Assembly (NCBI GenBank): GCA_963745015.1 | Contig: CAVUVU010000018.1 | Span: forward strand, 13,524 to 77,523 | Direction of reading: 5' to 3' | Length of the DNA stretch: 64,000 bases | Origin: an uncultured Candidatus Rokubacteria bacterium | GTDB taxonomy: Bacteria > Methylomirabilota > Methylomirabilia > Rokubacteriales > DASRDR01 | Shown here: in pieces, positions 31,441 to 40,406 of the stretch | Layout: every line of letters starts with the position of its first letter | How positions within the stretch are numbered: the first letter of the stretch is position 1 | Notes under the pieces: model-generated | Seen by the model: the letters and a program-made list of their open reading frames with translations, nothing else | Databases searched by the model: none | What the model was told of the DNA's origin: nothing | Program-made: the position numbers and the translations under genes

Positions 31441-31518
31441 GACGCACCCTCCTGTTGACCGGTCAGGCGACGCTCGTCGATGCTCGGGCGCGAGCGTACG
31501 CGGGCCCGGCCGGGGCGG

Positions 31519-31536
31519 TTATGATCCTAGTCATAC
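31519..31536. promoter_or_regulatory. FNR/Dnr-type box TATGA-N6-TCATA in a divergent promoter region
   Basis: TTATGATCCTAGTCATAC. 15 of 17 positions are identical to the box at 26723-26740. It lies about 87 nt from ATG 31440 (-) and about 91 nt from GTG 31619 (+). Confidence 0.5.
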
Positions 31537-31618
31537 GGCGCCAGGACCGGACCGCCCACCATGCCCCGTGGACGCGGCGGCATCGAGGTGGAGGACCGGG
31601 CGGAGCGTGGGAGGGAAC

Positions 31619-32430
31619 GTGGCCGAGGAGCGTCCGGTGCCCGGCGAGACCCGAGCCGACCACGCGCCGCGGCGGAACGGGGGGTTCTGGAGCGCCCGCA
31701 CGGTCGCCTGGTACCAACGTGCGCTGGCCCGAAGCGACTACGCGACGCGGATCCTCGGGGCGATCGATCTCCAGCTCGCGGGGATCACCAGCGTCCTCGA
31801 CGTGGGGGCCGGCTGCGGCGCGCTGGCCCTACCCCTCGCGGAGCGGATCCCGCGCGGGACGGCCCTCGAGCCCGCGCAGCCCATGGCCGCCGCCCTCCGC
31901 GCCGAGGCCGAGCGGCGGGGGCTCCGGCGGCTGACCGTCGTGCAGGCGGCGTGGGTGAGGTGGTCCTGCCACCCCACGACCTGGTCCTGTGCGCCCATGT
32001 GGGCGAGCTGACCCGACCGGGAGCGCGCTTCCTGGCGGACGCCGCCCGGTGGGCCCGGCGCTGGGTCGTGGTCGTGCGGGACCGTGAGGCCGAATCGGAC
32101 AAGCTCTTCTTCCGCGAGCTCTACCCGCTGCTCCTCGGCCGGCCGTACGGCGGAGGCTCCGACTACGGGGACATGCTGGCGGGGCTGGCCGACCTTGGTG
32201 TGCGTCCCGAGGTCGTCGCCGTCGACTACCGGTCCGACCAGCCCTTCGCCGACCTGGACGAGGCCTGCGACTTCTACGAGGCGTACCTCGGCGTGTCGGG
32301 CCCGGAGGCGCGCGGCTTCCTCCGGGCCTTCCTGGCCGCCCGGCTGGTGCGAGAGCCGGATGGCTGGGTGGCGCCGTATGCGAAGCGGGCCGTGGTGCTC
32401 CGCTGGCCAGGCGCGGCCGGTGGAGGCTGA
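31619..32430 (+). CDS. class I SAM-dependent methyltransferase; one frame break
   Basis: GTG start after GGGAGGGAA. SAM motif I VLDVGAGCGALALPLA. The switch is near 31953-31957 (…LTVVQAAW / GEVVLPPHDLVLCAHVGEL…). Confidence 0.6.
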
Positions 32431-32486
32431 CAGGCGCGAGTCGCTCGCGCCGGCGACGCCAACGACGCCAACGACGGAGGGACGCG

Positions 32487-33116
32487 ATGGACCTGGACGC
32501 GCTCCTGAGCAACACGGCGGACGGCGTATGCGCCATCGGCGGCGATGGGCGGATCGTGTTCTGGAACCGGTCGGCCGAGCGTCTGCTCGGCTACGCGGCC
32601 CGCGAGGTCGTCGGGAAGCCCTGCTGCGACGTCTTCGTCGGCCGAGACCCGGCCGGCAACCGCCTCTGCTATCAGGGGTGCCACGTGCAGACGCTGGTGA
32701 AGCGGGGAGAGGCCGTCGAGCACTTCCAGATGGCCACGCGCACGAAGGCCGGCCGGCCGGTGTGGCTCGACATCAGCATCCTCGCCGTCCCCGGGGCGCG
32801 CCGGGACGCCGCGACGACGGTCCACCTTTTCCGGGACGTCACGACCGCCCACGAGGTGGAGACGCTCGTGCGGGAGCGCCTCGCCCAGGCTCAGCCGGCC
32901 GCTTCGCCGGACGGGGCGCCGCCGCCGGAGCTGACCCGGCGGGAGATCGAGATCCTGCGGCTGCTGGCCGCGGGCGCCAGCACCCGGGCCATGGCGGAGC
33001 GCCTGCACGTGAGCCCCGCCACCGTCCGGAACCATGTCCAGCACATCCTGGAGAAGCTCGGCGTCCACAGCCGGCTCGAGGCGGCGGCCTACGCGACCCG
33101 CCGCGGGCTAGTCTGA
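32487..33116 (+). CDS. PAS-domain / LuxR-type HTH transcriptional regulator
   Basis: PAS: ADGVCAIGGDGRIVFWNRSAERLLGYAAREVVGKPC...RTKAGRPVWLDISI. LuxR HTH: LTRREIEILRLLAAGASTRAMAERLHVSPATVRNHVQHILEKLGVHSRLEAAAYA. Confidence 0.85.
   Translation: MDLDALLSNTADGVCAIGGDGRIVFWNRSAERLLGYAAREVVGKPCCDVFVGRDPAGNRLCYQGCHVQTLVKRGEAVEHFQMATRTKAGRPVWLDISILAVPGARRDAATTVHLFRDVTTAHEVETLVRERLAQAQPAASPDGAPPPELTRREIEILRLLAAGASTRAMAERLHVSPATVRNHVQHILEKLGVHSRLEAAAYATRRGLV
32953..33016. repeat. 64-nt exact repeat, copy 1 (inside the LuxR HTH coding region)
   Basis: TCCTGCGGCTGCTGGCCGCGGGCGCCAGCACCCGGGCCATGGCGGAGCGCCTGCACGTGAGCCC is identical to 34548-34611. The 23 nt upstream are also similar, with 4 mismatches. 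Confidence 0.85.
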
Positions 33117-33117
33117 C

Positions 33118-33706
33118 TCAACAGCCGGCCACGCAGCGCGCGGTTCCGTCGAACTCCACCGTCCTACCACTGAGCGGCACGTGCACCGGCGCTTTCACCG
33201 CCTTGATGAAGACGTCGGTCTTGGTGCTGGGCCGAACCTTGCCGCCGTCGATCGCCTGCTCGTTCACATGCGTGATGAGAACGGAGTTCGGCTGCACCAA
33301 CTCGTTCATGAGTAAGCGGCTTCCAGTGGACCGTTCATGTTGGGCGCCCCCGACATCATCACGGCCAGGTTCGCGCGGTGAAACCTGCGCACCACCACAT
33401 CCTGCTCGGCCGTGATGCCGGTGTCGCCGGAGAGATAGGCGATGAGTCCGTTGCTGAAGCGCAGCACGAAGCCACCCGCCGGCCCGACGTAAGCGGTGAG
33501 CCCGGCCGCCACGAGCGCCTGCGCCTGCTCCGTCTCCAGGAACGCCGGGACAGCCCGTTGGTGTGCGAGGCGGGCACGCTGGCGACCACCACCTTGCCGA
33601 ACGAGGTGGTGGCGCCGTAGCGCACCAGCCGTACCAGCTTCGCCGGGTCGCCGCCCAGTGCCTTCACCTTCGACTGCAAGAAGAAGTGCATCTCGCCTCC
33701 CGCCAC
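33118..33706 (-). pseudogene. metallo-beta-lactamase-fold hydrolase remnant (C-terminal part only; two frame breaks)
   Basis: The pieces ...VVVASVPASHTNGLS / PAFLETEQAQALVAAGLTAYVGPAGGFVLRFSNGLIAYLSGDTGI / LMNELVQPNSVLITHVNE... lie in three frames. No N-terminal HxHxDH region is present. Confidence 0.5.
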
Positions 33707-33724
33707 GATCGGCGCCTCACGGCG

Positions 33725-34315
33725 ATGCCCGACCTCCTGACGCTCCTGGCTTCACGGACTGCGAGCTTGCTGAATCTCGCCGACGTCGGCCGGGGCATCG
33801 GGCTCCCATATGCCACGCTCCAGCGCTATATGACCCTGCTCCAGACGACGTTTCTCGTCCGGCTGATGCCGGCCTGGGCCACGAATCTCGGCGGCCGGGT
33901 CACGAAGGCCCCGAAGGTCGCCTTCGTCGACACGGGACTCGCGGCGGTGCTCCTCAGGCTGACCGAGGCCCGCCTGCTCACCGAGCGGGTCCTGTGGGGA
34001 GGGCTGCTCGAGAACTTCATCGGGCTCGAGCTGCTCAAGCAGGCGTCCTGGCACCGGATCCTCCGCAGATCTTCCATCTTCGGACACCCAAGGGAGCCGA
34101 GGTCGACCGTCCTCGAGCGGAACGGCCACGTGGTGGGTGTCGAGGTGCGATCCACCCAGACCGCAACGGCCGAGGACTTCAAGGGACTCAAGGCACTGGC
34201 AGCCCTCGCTGGACGCCGGTTCGATCGCGGAATCGTCCTCTATCTCGGGCGGCAGGCGGTAGCTTTCGGTCCGAACCTCCACGCGGTGCCGCTCACAGGG
34301 CTGTGGGAGTGGTAA
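33725..34315 (+). pseudogene. DUF4143-type AAA ATPase remnant (C-terminal half only; two frame breaks)
   Basis: ...LLNLADVGRGIGLPYATLQRYMTLLQTTFLVRLMPAWATNLGGRVTKAPKVAFVDTGL...LLENFIGLELLKQASW, then IFHLRTPKGAEVD in another frame, then ERNGHVVGVEVRS. The AAA N-terminal half is absent. Confidence 0.55.
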
Positions 34316-34524
34316 CCGGGTTGGCTGAAGGCAGACAAGGCGCCGCCGGACTGACGAGAGCGCCCATCGCGGGCCTCGGTGCGCCCCCGACGCCCCATCG
34401 AGGAGGCTCTGGCGGAGGCGTGATGGAGAGCATGGACGGCACAGAGCCTTTCTCGTCATGCTCGAGGACCGCGTCGCGTGCCCGGTGTCCATGTACATCC
34501 ACTTGACGGGCGGCCGCCCGCGGA

Positions 34525-34611
34525 CCTGACCCGGCGCGAGCTCGACGTCCTGCGGCTGCTGGCCGCGGGCGCCAGCACCCGGGCCATGGCGGAGCGCCTG
34601 CACGTGAGCCC
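34525..34611 (+). pseudogene. LuxR-type HTH remnant (third paralogue, truncated on both sides)
   Basis: LTRRELDVLRLLAAGASTRAMAERLHVSP. Homology then stops abruptly. No PAS domain lies upstream. Confidence 0.6.
34548..34611. repeat. 64-nt exact repeat, copy 2
   Basis: Identical to 32953-33016 by direct comparison of the printed sequence. Confidence 0.85.
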
Positions 34612-34884
34612 GCTGGGGCTCCGCCGCCCCAGCGGGACCGTGCCGCCCCCCGGACCAGGTCGCATCGCAAGAACTCGCGGATCCGCAAGATGCGGAGTCC
34701 ATTGCACGAATCGACGGAGGCCTACCTCGAGCCACGGAGGGCCGCTCCAGGGAACGTCACTTGCAAACAATGGACACGGGCCGCACCGCCGCGGCGATGG
34801 CAGGGCGACGGCACAGGGAGGCCGCACGTGCGGGAGTGAGGCGGCCGGCGACGTGACGTTCGCGACCGGAGGAGGGTCAGTCAA

Positions 34885-35310
34885 GTGAACATCGCGAATG
34901 TCTTGGCCAGCAAGGGCGGTCGCGTGGTCACCATCCGTCCCGACCAGACCGTGAGAGAGGCCCTGGAGCGCTTCGCCGAGCGCAATATCGGCGCGCTCGT
35001 GGTGCTAGACGACGCCCAGAGGGCGGTAGGCATGATCACCGAGCGCGGCATCCTCCGTGCGGCGTTGACGAACGAACACGTCCTCAGCGAGACCGTCGGA
35101 GCGGTCATGACCAGGGAGGTCGTCGTCGGACGCCCCAGTGACGACCTGATGTCCGTGGCTCACACCATGACCGAGAAGCGGATCCGCCACCTGCCCGTCA
35201 TGGATCAGGACAGGCTGGTCGGGATCGTATCGCTCGGTGACTTGGTCAGAACGCAGCGGGACCACTACGAGGGGCAGGTCGTGACCCTGGAAACCCTGCT
35301 GTCGGGCTGA
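34885..35310 (+). CDS. CBS-pair domain protein
   Basis: GTG start after GGAGGAGGG. VVTIRPDQTVREALERFAERNIGALVVLDD..AVGMITERGIL...VMTREVVVGRPSDDLMSVAHTMTEKRIRHLPVMDQDRLVGIVSLGDL. Confidence 0.85.
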   Translation: MNIANVLASKGGRVVTIRPDQTVREALERFAERNIGALVVLDDAQRAVGMITERGILRAALTNEHVLSETVGAVMTREVVVGRPSDDLMSVAHTMTEKRIRHLPVMDQDRLVGIVSLGDLVRTQRDHYEGQVVTLETLLSG

Positions 35311-35847
35311 AGACCCGGGCACGGTCTCGCCACTAGGCCGAGTGCCCTGGTGGATGGTGAAGCGGGCGCTGCGACGGGAGCTTCGGGAAGGCTGGACCCA
35401 CAAGGAGCCGGGGTGACGGTGCGCCGTCCCGAGGTCTTCGAGCTCTACGGCGGGGATCCTCGGCGAGGGTTCAGACTTCCCGTCAACGCGGGCTTGCACA
35501 CCCCCTCGACACTCGGTCCCCTCTTGGCGGCTATTCCCTCGTCGCCACACCGCCACCCGCAGTCATGCTACCCCCCCACGCGCCAGGGTGTATCCGCCGC
35601 TTGCTTCATTTCGATGGGGCGTTGAGCTCATCAGGCCGCCACCGACACACTGCACCACGATCACGCACCCGGGCGGGGGGCCGGCGCCGACGGCACCCCG
35701 GACGCGAACGCCTGATCCGATGGTCCCTCGACAGGCTCACGAGCTCGCTCCGCTCCTCCAGACCCTCATCATGACGGCGACGCCGATATGAATCCGCCGT
35801 CGGGGAGGAGGCGCCTACGGCACACGCCCATGGCCAAGCCGATGGGC

Positions 35848-35863
35848 TGATGCAACTGCATCA
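35848..35863. promoter_or_regulatory. 16-nt palindrome upstream of the decahaem gene
   Basis: TGATGCA-AC-TGCATCA: perfect 7-nt arms, about 105-120 nt upstream of ATG 35968. Confidence 0.35.
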
Positions 35864-35967
35864 TTGACCGTGCTCCGCCGCTTGCGCTAAGAAGGGCCGA
35901 CGAAGTTGCCGTATCAGCAGACGCATTCGATGTTGTGCCGCTGCCCCGCAGAAGGGGAGGGCGCCGT

Positions 35968-36936
35968 ATGGCGGGTTCGGCTCTGCGGATACGGGGTGCC
36001 GGGTCGGCACTCGGTGCCATCGTGCTGGCCGGCCTCTTCCTGGGCCTCGCCTCCTGCGGAACATCACCCCGGGCCGCGCGGCCGGCGCAACCGATTCCCG
36101 CCCCGCCCGAGGCCTACGCCGGGAGTGAAGCCTGCCAGCAATGCCACAAGGCGGAATTCGCCAAGTTCGGCACCACGAAGATGGGCCGGCGCTTCCTCCA
36201 CCAGCCTCAGGATCAGCGGGAGGCCCTCGCCTGCGAGAATTGCCACGGCCCGGCCGCGGCGCACGTCGATTCGGGCGGCAAGAAGAACACCCCCGGCCTC
36301 ATCTCCTTCATGAAGGGGGACCGGACACCGGTCGAGCAACGCACGGCCATGTGTCTCTCGTGTCACGAGAAGAACGCGCGGTTCTTCTGGGAGGGCAGCT
36401 CGCACGAGGCGCGCGATGTGACGTGCACGAACTGTCATCACGTGCATGAGAACCTGTCTCCCCGCAACCAGCTCGCCAAGCAGGATGAGATCCAGACGTG
36501 CGGCCAGTGCCACGCGGAGAAGCGCGCCCAGCAGCTGCGGCTCTCGCGCCATCCCCTCCTCGAGGGCAAGATGAGCTGCACCTCGTGCCACAATCCGCAT
36601 GGCACGGTCACGCCCCAGCTCCTCAAGGAGAACTCGGTCAACGAGACCTGCTACACCTGCCACGCCGAGAAGCGGGGTCCCTTCCTCTGGGAGCACGCGC
36701 CGGTCACCGAGAGCTGCACGAACTGCCACCAGCCGCACGGCTCCAACCACGAGGCGATGCTGAAGGTGAGGAAGCCGCGTCTCTGTCAGCAGTGCCACAT
36801 CGAGACCCGCCACCCGACACGCCCCTACGGCAATGACCCCGCATCGAAGAAGTTCGTGCTGGGTCGGGCCTGCAACAGCTGCCACGTGAACATTCACGGC
36901 TCGAACCATCCGTCCGGTTTCGCCTTCACGCGATAG
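35968..36936 (+). CDS. decahaem c-type cytochrome, MtrA/DmsE/PioA/MtoA-like, with a lipoprotein signal
   Basis: Ten CxxCH motifs (CQQCH, CENCH, CLSCH, CTNCH, CGQCH, CTSCH, CYTCH, CTNCH, CQQCH, CNSCH) in 322 aa. N-terminus MAGSALRIRGAGSALGAIVLAGLFLGLASCG has a lipobox (LASC). GAAGGGGAGGG lies upstream of the ATG. Confidence 0.85.
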   Translation: MAGSALRIRGAGSALGAIVLAGLFLGLASCGTSPRAARPAQPIPAPPEAYAGSEACQQCHKAEFAKFGTTKMGRRFLHQPQDQREALACENCHGPAAAHVDSGGKKNTPGLISFMKGDRTPVEQRTAMCLSCHEKNARFFWEGSSHEARDVTCTNCHHVHENLSPRNQLAKQDEIQTCGQCHAEKRAQQLRLSRHPLLEGKMSCTSCHNPHGTVTPQLLKENSVNETCYTCHAEKRGPFLWEHAPVTESCTNCHQPHGSNHEAMLKVRKPRLCQQCHIETRHPTRPYGNDPASKKFVLGRACNSCHVNIHGSNHPSGFAFTR

Positions 36937-36943
36937 GGGACCC

Positions 36944-39174
36944 ATGACGCCGGTAGGCGGGAGGTGGTGGGCAGCGGCGGCTGTGGCATCCCTCACGCTG
37001 GCGCTGGCATATCCCGCCGGAGCGCAGACCCCGCTGTTCGGCTTCAACGTGGAGGGTGAGCTCACTCTCGGCGGGCGGATCTACATCGATCGACCGCCAC
37101 CCGAGGAACGCTCGATCTTCGAGCAATACCGGGATCTGCCGGAGGCACCGTTCGGCGCCTTTAGGTTCCGGCTCTTCCGTCCCGACGAGAGCTACTCGCT
37201 CGATGTCGGAGGCTACAACATCGGGCAAGAGGATCAATCGTACTTCCTGTCGACGGGTCGTCTCGGTCGCTGGAGCTTGGACTTCGAATGGGATCAGATC
37301 CCCCACACCCTATCGACCGACGCCCGGTCGCTCTACACGGAGCCGTCCACGGGCGTGCTCTCCCTGCCCTCCCCGCGTCCGCCCCTCTCCGCGTACAATC
37401 TCGCTCCGTTCCAGGACGTCCGGACGGAGTGGGACGTGGCTCGCTTCTCCGTCACGGTGACGCCCACACTCGATCTCGACCTGAAGGCCGAGTACACGCT
37501 GATTCTCAAGGACGGCAACCGTCCCCTGAGCATGGCGTTCGGAAGCCCCGGAGGCAACTTCGCCGAGTTCATCCAGCCCATCGACCAGACGGTCCACGAC
37601 TTCCGCCTCCGCGCGAGCTATGCCGGTGAGGGCTGGCAGCTTCAGGGCAGCTACGCGCTCTCGATCTTCCAGAACGGGCTGGACTCGCTGACGGCGGCCA
37701 ACCCGTGCTTCGGGCTCCGCGCGCCCGCCCCGCCGGCCGGATGCGGCGCCGACGCCAACGGCGCCCCCGCCACGGGCCGGCTGTCCGTGGCGCCGAACAA
37801 CATGGCGCACACCATCGCGCTCGCGGGGGCAGTGATCCTCCCCCTGCGCACGCGGCTGTCAGCGAACGTCTCGTACAGCCTGCGCCTGCAGGACGACGAT
37901 TTCTTGCCGCATACGAACAATCCGGCGCTGGCCTCGGACCCGTCGCTGGCGCTGCCCAGCTCGAACCTGGACGGGATCGTCCAGACCGTGCTCTTCAACC
38001 TCAACGCGGTGAGCCGGCCGCTGCCGCCCCTGACCCTCACGGCCAAGTACCGGCTCTTCGATCTCATCGACGATTCCAAGGAACTGGTTTCCCGGGCCAC
38101 GTGATCAACGATCGCTCGATCGTCGATGAGCCGCGAGTCAACGGGCAATGGGGCTATCTCAAGCAGAACGCCGAGCTGGACGGCCGCTGGCGGTTCGGCG
38201 AGCCCGTCGCCCTCACCGTGGGCGGCGCCTGGGAGCGCTGGGACAGGGACGAGCATCGCGAGGTGCCCACGAGCAACGAGTACTTCGGCAAGGTGGCGCT
38301 CGACGTGACGCCGGTCGACTGGTTCCTGGGTCGCCTCACGTACATCCCGTCGTTCCGGCGGATTTCGGAGTACAACACCCAGGCTCACCTTCAGCACTCG
38401 GTCGTGGAGGACGATCCGAGCTCTCTGGCCGGCCAGGGCCAGTCGGTCCTCCTGCGCAAGTTCGACGAGAGCGACCGGGACCGCCAGCGCGTCGATCTGA
38501 TGCTGCAGTTCACGCCGGTCGACACGCTCACCATCAGCCCGATCGGCGGGTATCGCTACGACGACTACCTCAACTCCTCGCTCGGCCTGCAGAGCGTGGA
38601 GACGTGGACGGTGGGGGTCGACATCGGCTGGAGCCCGCGCGAGTGGCTCTCGTTCTCCATTGGCTACGAGTACGAGTTCATGGAGTCGCGCCAGCAGTCG
38701 CAGAGCCGGGAGCAGTCGGGCACCACAATCTTCGACTTCCCCGACTTCACCTGGACGTCGAAGAACGTCGACCGGATCCAGACCGTGTACGCCGGCATCC
38801 GCGCCACGCTGATGCCCAAGGTTCTCGAGTGGACGGTGGACCTGGCCTACTCGACCGCGAACGGCCAGGTGAACACCAGCAACCCCACCACGCCGACGAG
38901 CGGGACCCTGGCCCAGCGGACCAACGCGACCGCCAAGCCCTTCCCGGCCGCCGACGACTCGCTGATCCGGCTCGGGACCGCGATCCGGTATGCGTTCGCG
39001 AAGAGATGGACCGCGACGGTCGCCTATGCCTTCGAGAAGTTCGATGGCACGGACTTCAAGACCGATGGGCTCAACCCGTTCGTACCCGGCGTCACCTCGA
39101 TCTGGCTGGGCAGTGACGCACGCGACTACACGGCGCAGTACGTCACTCTCAGCCTCAGCTACCGGTTCGACTAG
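36944..39174 (+). CDS. MtrB/PioB-family-like outer-membrane beta-barrel protein; one frame break
   Basis: Signal peptide with ...LAYPAGAQT. It is long, Gly/Tyr/Asp-rich, with alternating beta-strand patterns, and ends ...AQYVTLSLSYRFD. It starts 7 nt after the decahaem gene. The switch is near 38085-38092 (…DDSKELV / FPGHVINDRS…). Confidence 0.7.
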
Positions 39175-39320
39175 CCTCCCGGAGGGTCGGCCTTCCAACG
39201 GTGGACGCGGGAGCCGAGGCCGAACTCCCCCGTCGTCCCCTGGAGACGAGGACCAGCGCAGGACACTACCGGCTGGGCTCAAGCGAGGCCGTGGTTAAGC
39301 ACGCGGGCCCCTCGCCTAGG

Positions 39321-39950
39321 TCAGAGGAGGCGATGGCGGGTCGCGTACGCCACGACCTCGAGGCGGCTGTGGACACCCAGCTTCCCCAAGATGTGCTGGA
39401 CGTGATTGCGCACCGTGGTCGGGCTCACATGGAGCCGCTGGGCCATCGCCCGGGTGTTCGCTCCGCTCGCGATCAGGCGCAGGATCTCGAACTCACGCGG
39501 GGTCAGCGGCAGCGGAGGGGCCGCTTCCGACGGTGCGGCCGGCGGAGTCTGGGCGAGGCGCTCGCGCACCAGGGCTTCGATCTCCTTCACCGCCGTGACG
39601 TCGTGAAACAGATGCAGGATGCTCGACGCGTCCGGCCGAGCACCAGGAACCTCGAGGATGCTGATCTGGAGCCAGACCGACTTTCCTGCCTTGGTGCGCG
39701 TCGCCATGGCGACGTGCTGGACCGGCTGGCGCAGCGTGACGAGCGTCAGAACGTGACATCCCCGATAGCAGAGCCGGTTTCCCGGGGCGTCGCGCTCTAC
39801 GAAGATTTCGCAGCTCAGGCGGCCCATGACCTCTCGGGCGGAGTAGCCCAGAATGTCCTCCGCGGACTGTGTCCAGAGCGCAATCTTGCCGCTCCCGTTG
39901 ACGCCACAGACCCCGTCGGCCGTCAGCCCGAGCAGTCTGTCCAAGTCCAT
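39321..39950 (-). CDS. PAS-domain / LuxR-type HTH transcriptional regulator (paralogue of 32487-33116)
   Basis: MDLDRLLGLTADGVCGVNGSGKIALWTQSAEDILGYSAREVMGRLSCEIF...GNRLCYRGCHV...LTPREFEILRLIASGANTRAMAQRLHVSPTTVRNHVQHILGKLGVHSRLE. GGAGG lies 5 nt before the ATG. Confidence 0.85.
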   Translation of the reverse strand: MDLDRLLGLTADGVCGVNGSGKIALWTQSAEDILGYSAREVMGRLSCEIFVERDAPGNRLCYRGCHVLTLVTLRQPVQHVAMATRTKAGKSVWLQISILEVPGARPDASSILHLFHDVTAVKEIEALVRERLAQTPPAAPSEAAPPLPLTPREFEILRLIASGANTRAMAQRLHVSPTTVRNHVQHILGKLGVHSRLEVVAYATRHRLL

Positions 39951-40406
39951 CCCGGCCTCCCGACTTCCAGTGGCTTCGGCGATCGGCCACCCTCTCGGGA
40001 ACCCGCTACGTGGCAACGCCCAACGGTCGTGCATCACCCCTGCCACGTGGGCCGGGCCTCGCCCTGAGCCGTTTTCGGGACCGCGATGGAGTGTCGTCTC
40101 GTCTCGACTGTCCCGAGGCTGCCTCACCTGGGGCGCCACGGTCTGACTTGCCGGATCTATTGAGGGAAGGAGCCGCCGGCGGTCCCGAGTCAGTGGGACT
40201 CCGATACCCCAGCGAGGCTGCGGCGCCCCAGCGTCGGACCGTGCCCCTGGGAGCGCTGTGTGCAAGGATGCGGAACCATTGTGCGAATCGACGGCGGTCC
40301 ACCACGGGGCATCGGAACGTGGATTGCACCGCACTGGGCCCGAGCGCCTCATGCGCACGGTTCAACAGCCCAGAGTTGGGCGAGCATTGTCGAAGGGAGG
40401 CAGTGG

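Noticed and set aside
40160-40200. GTCCC-N8-GGGAC / GAGTC-N5-GACTC inverted repeats resembling DosR-box half-sites upstream of the c552/EB_dh gene
   Set aside because: The orientation and spacing differ from the mycobacterial DosR consensus (GGGAC...GTCCC). The two overlapping repeats are short and I found no second copy. I kept this only as a note.
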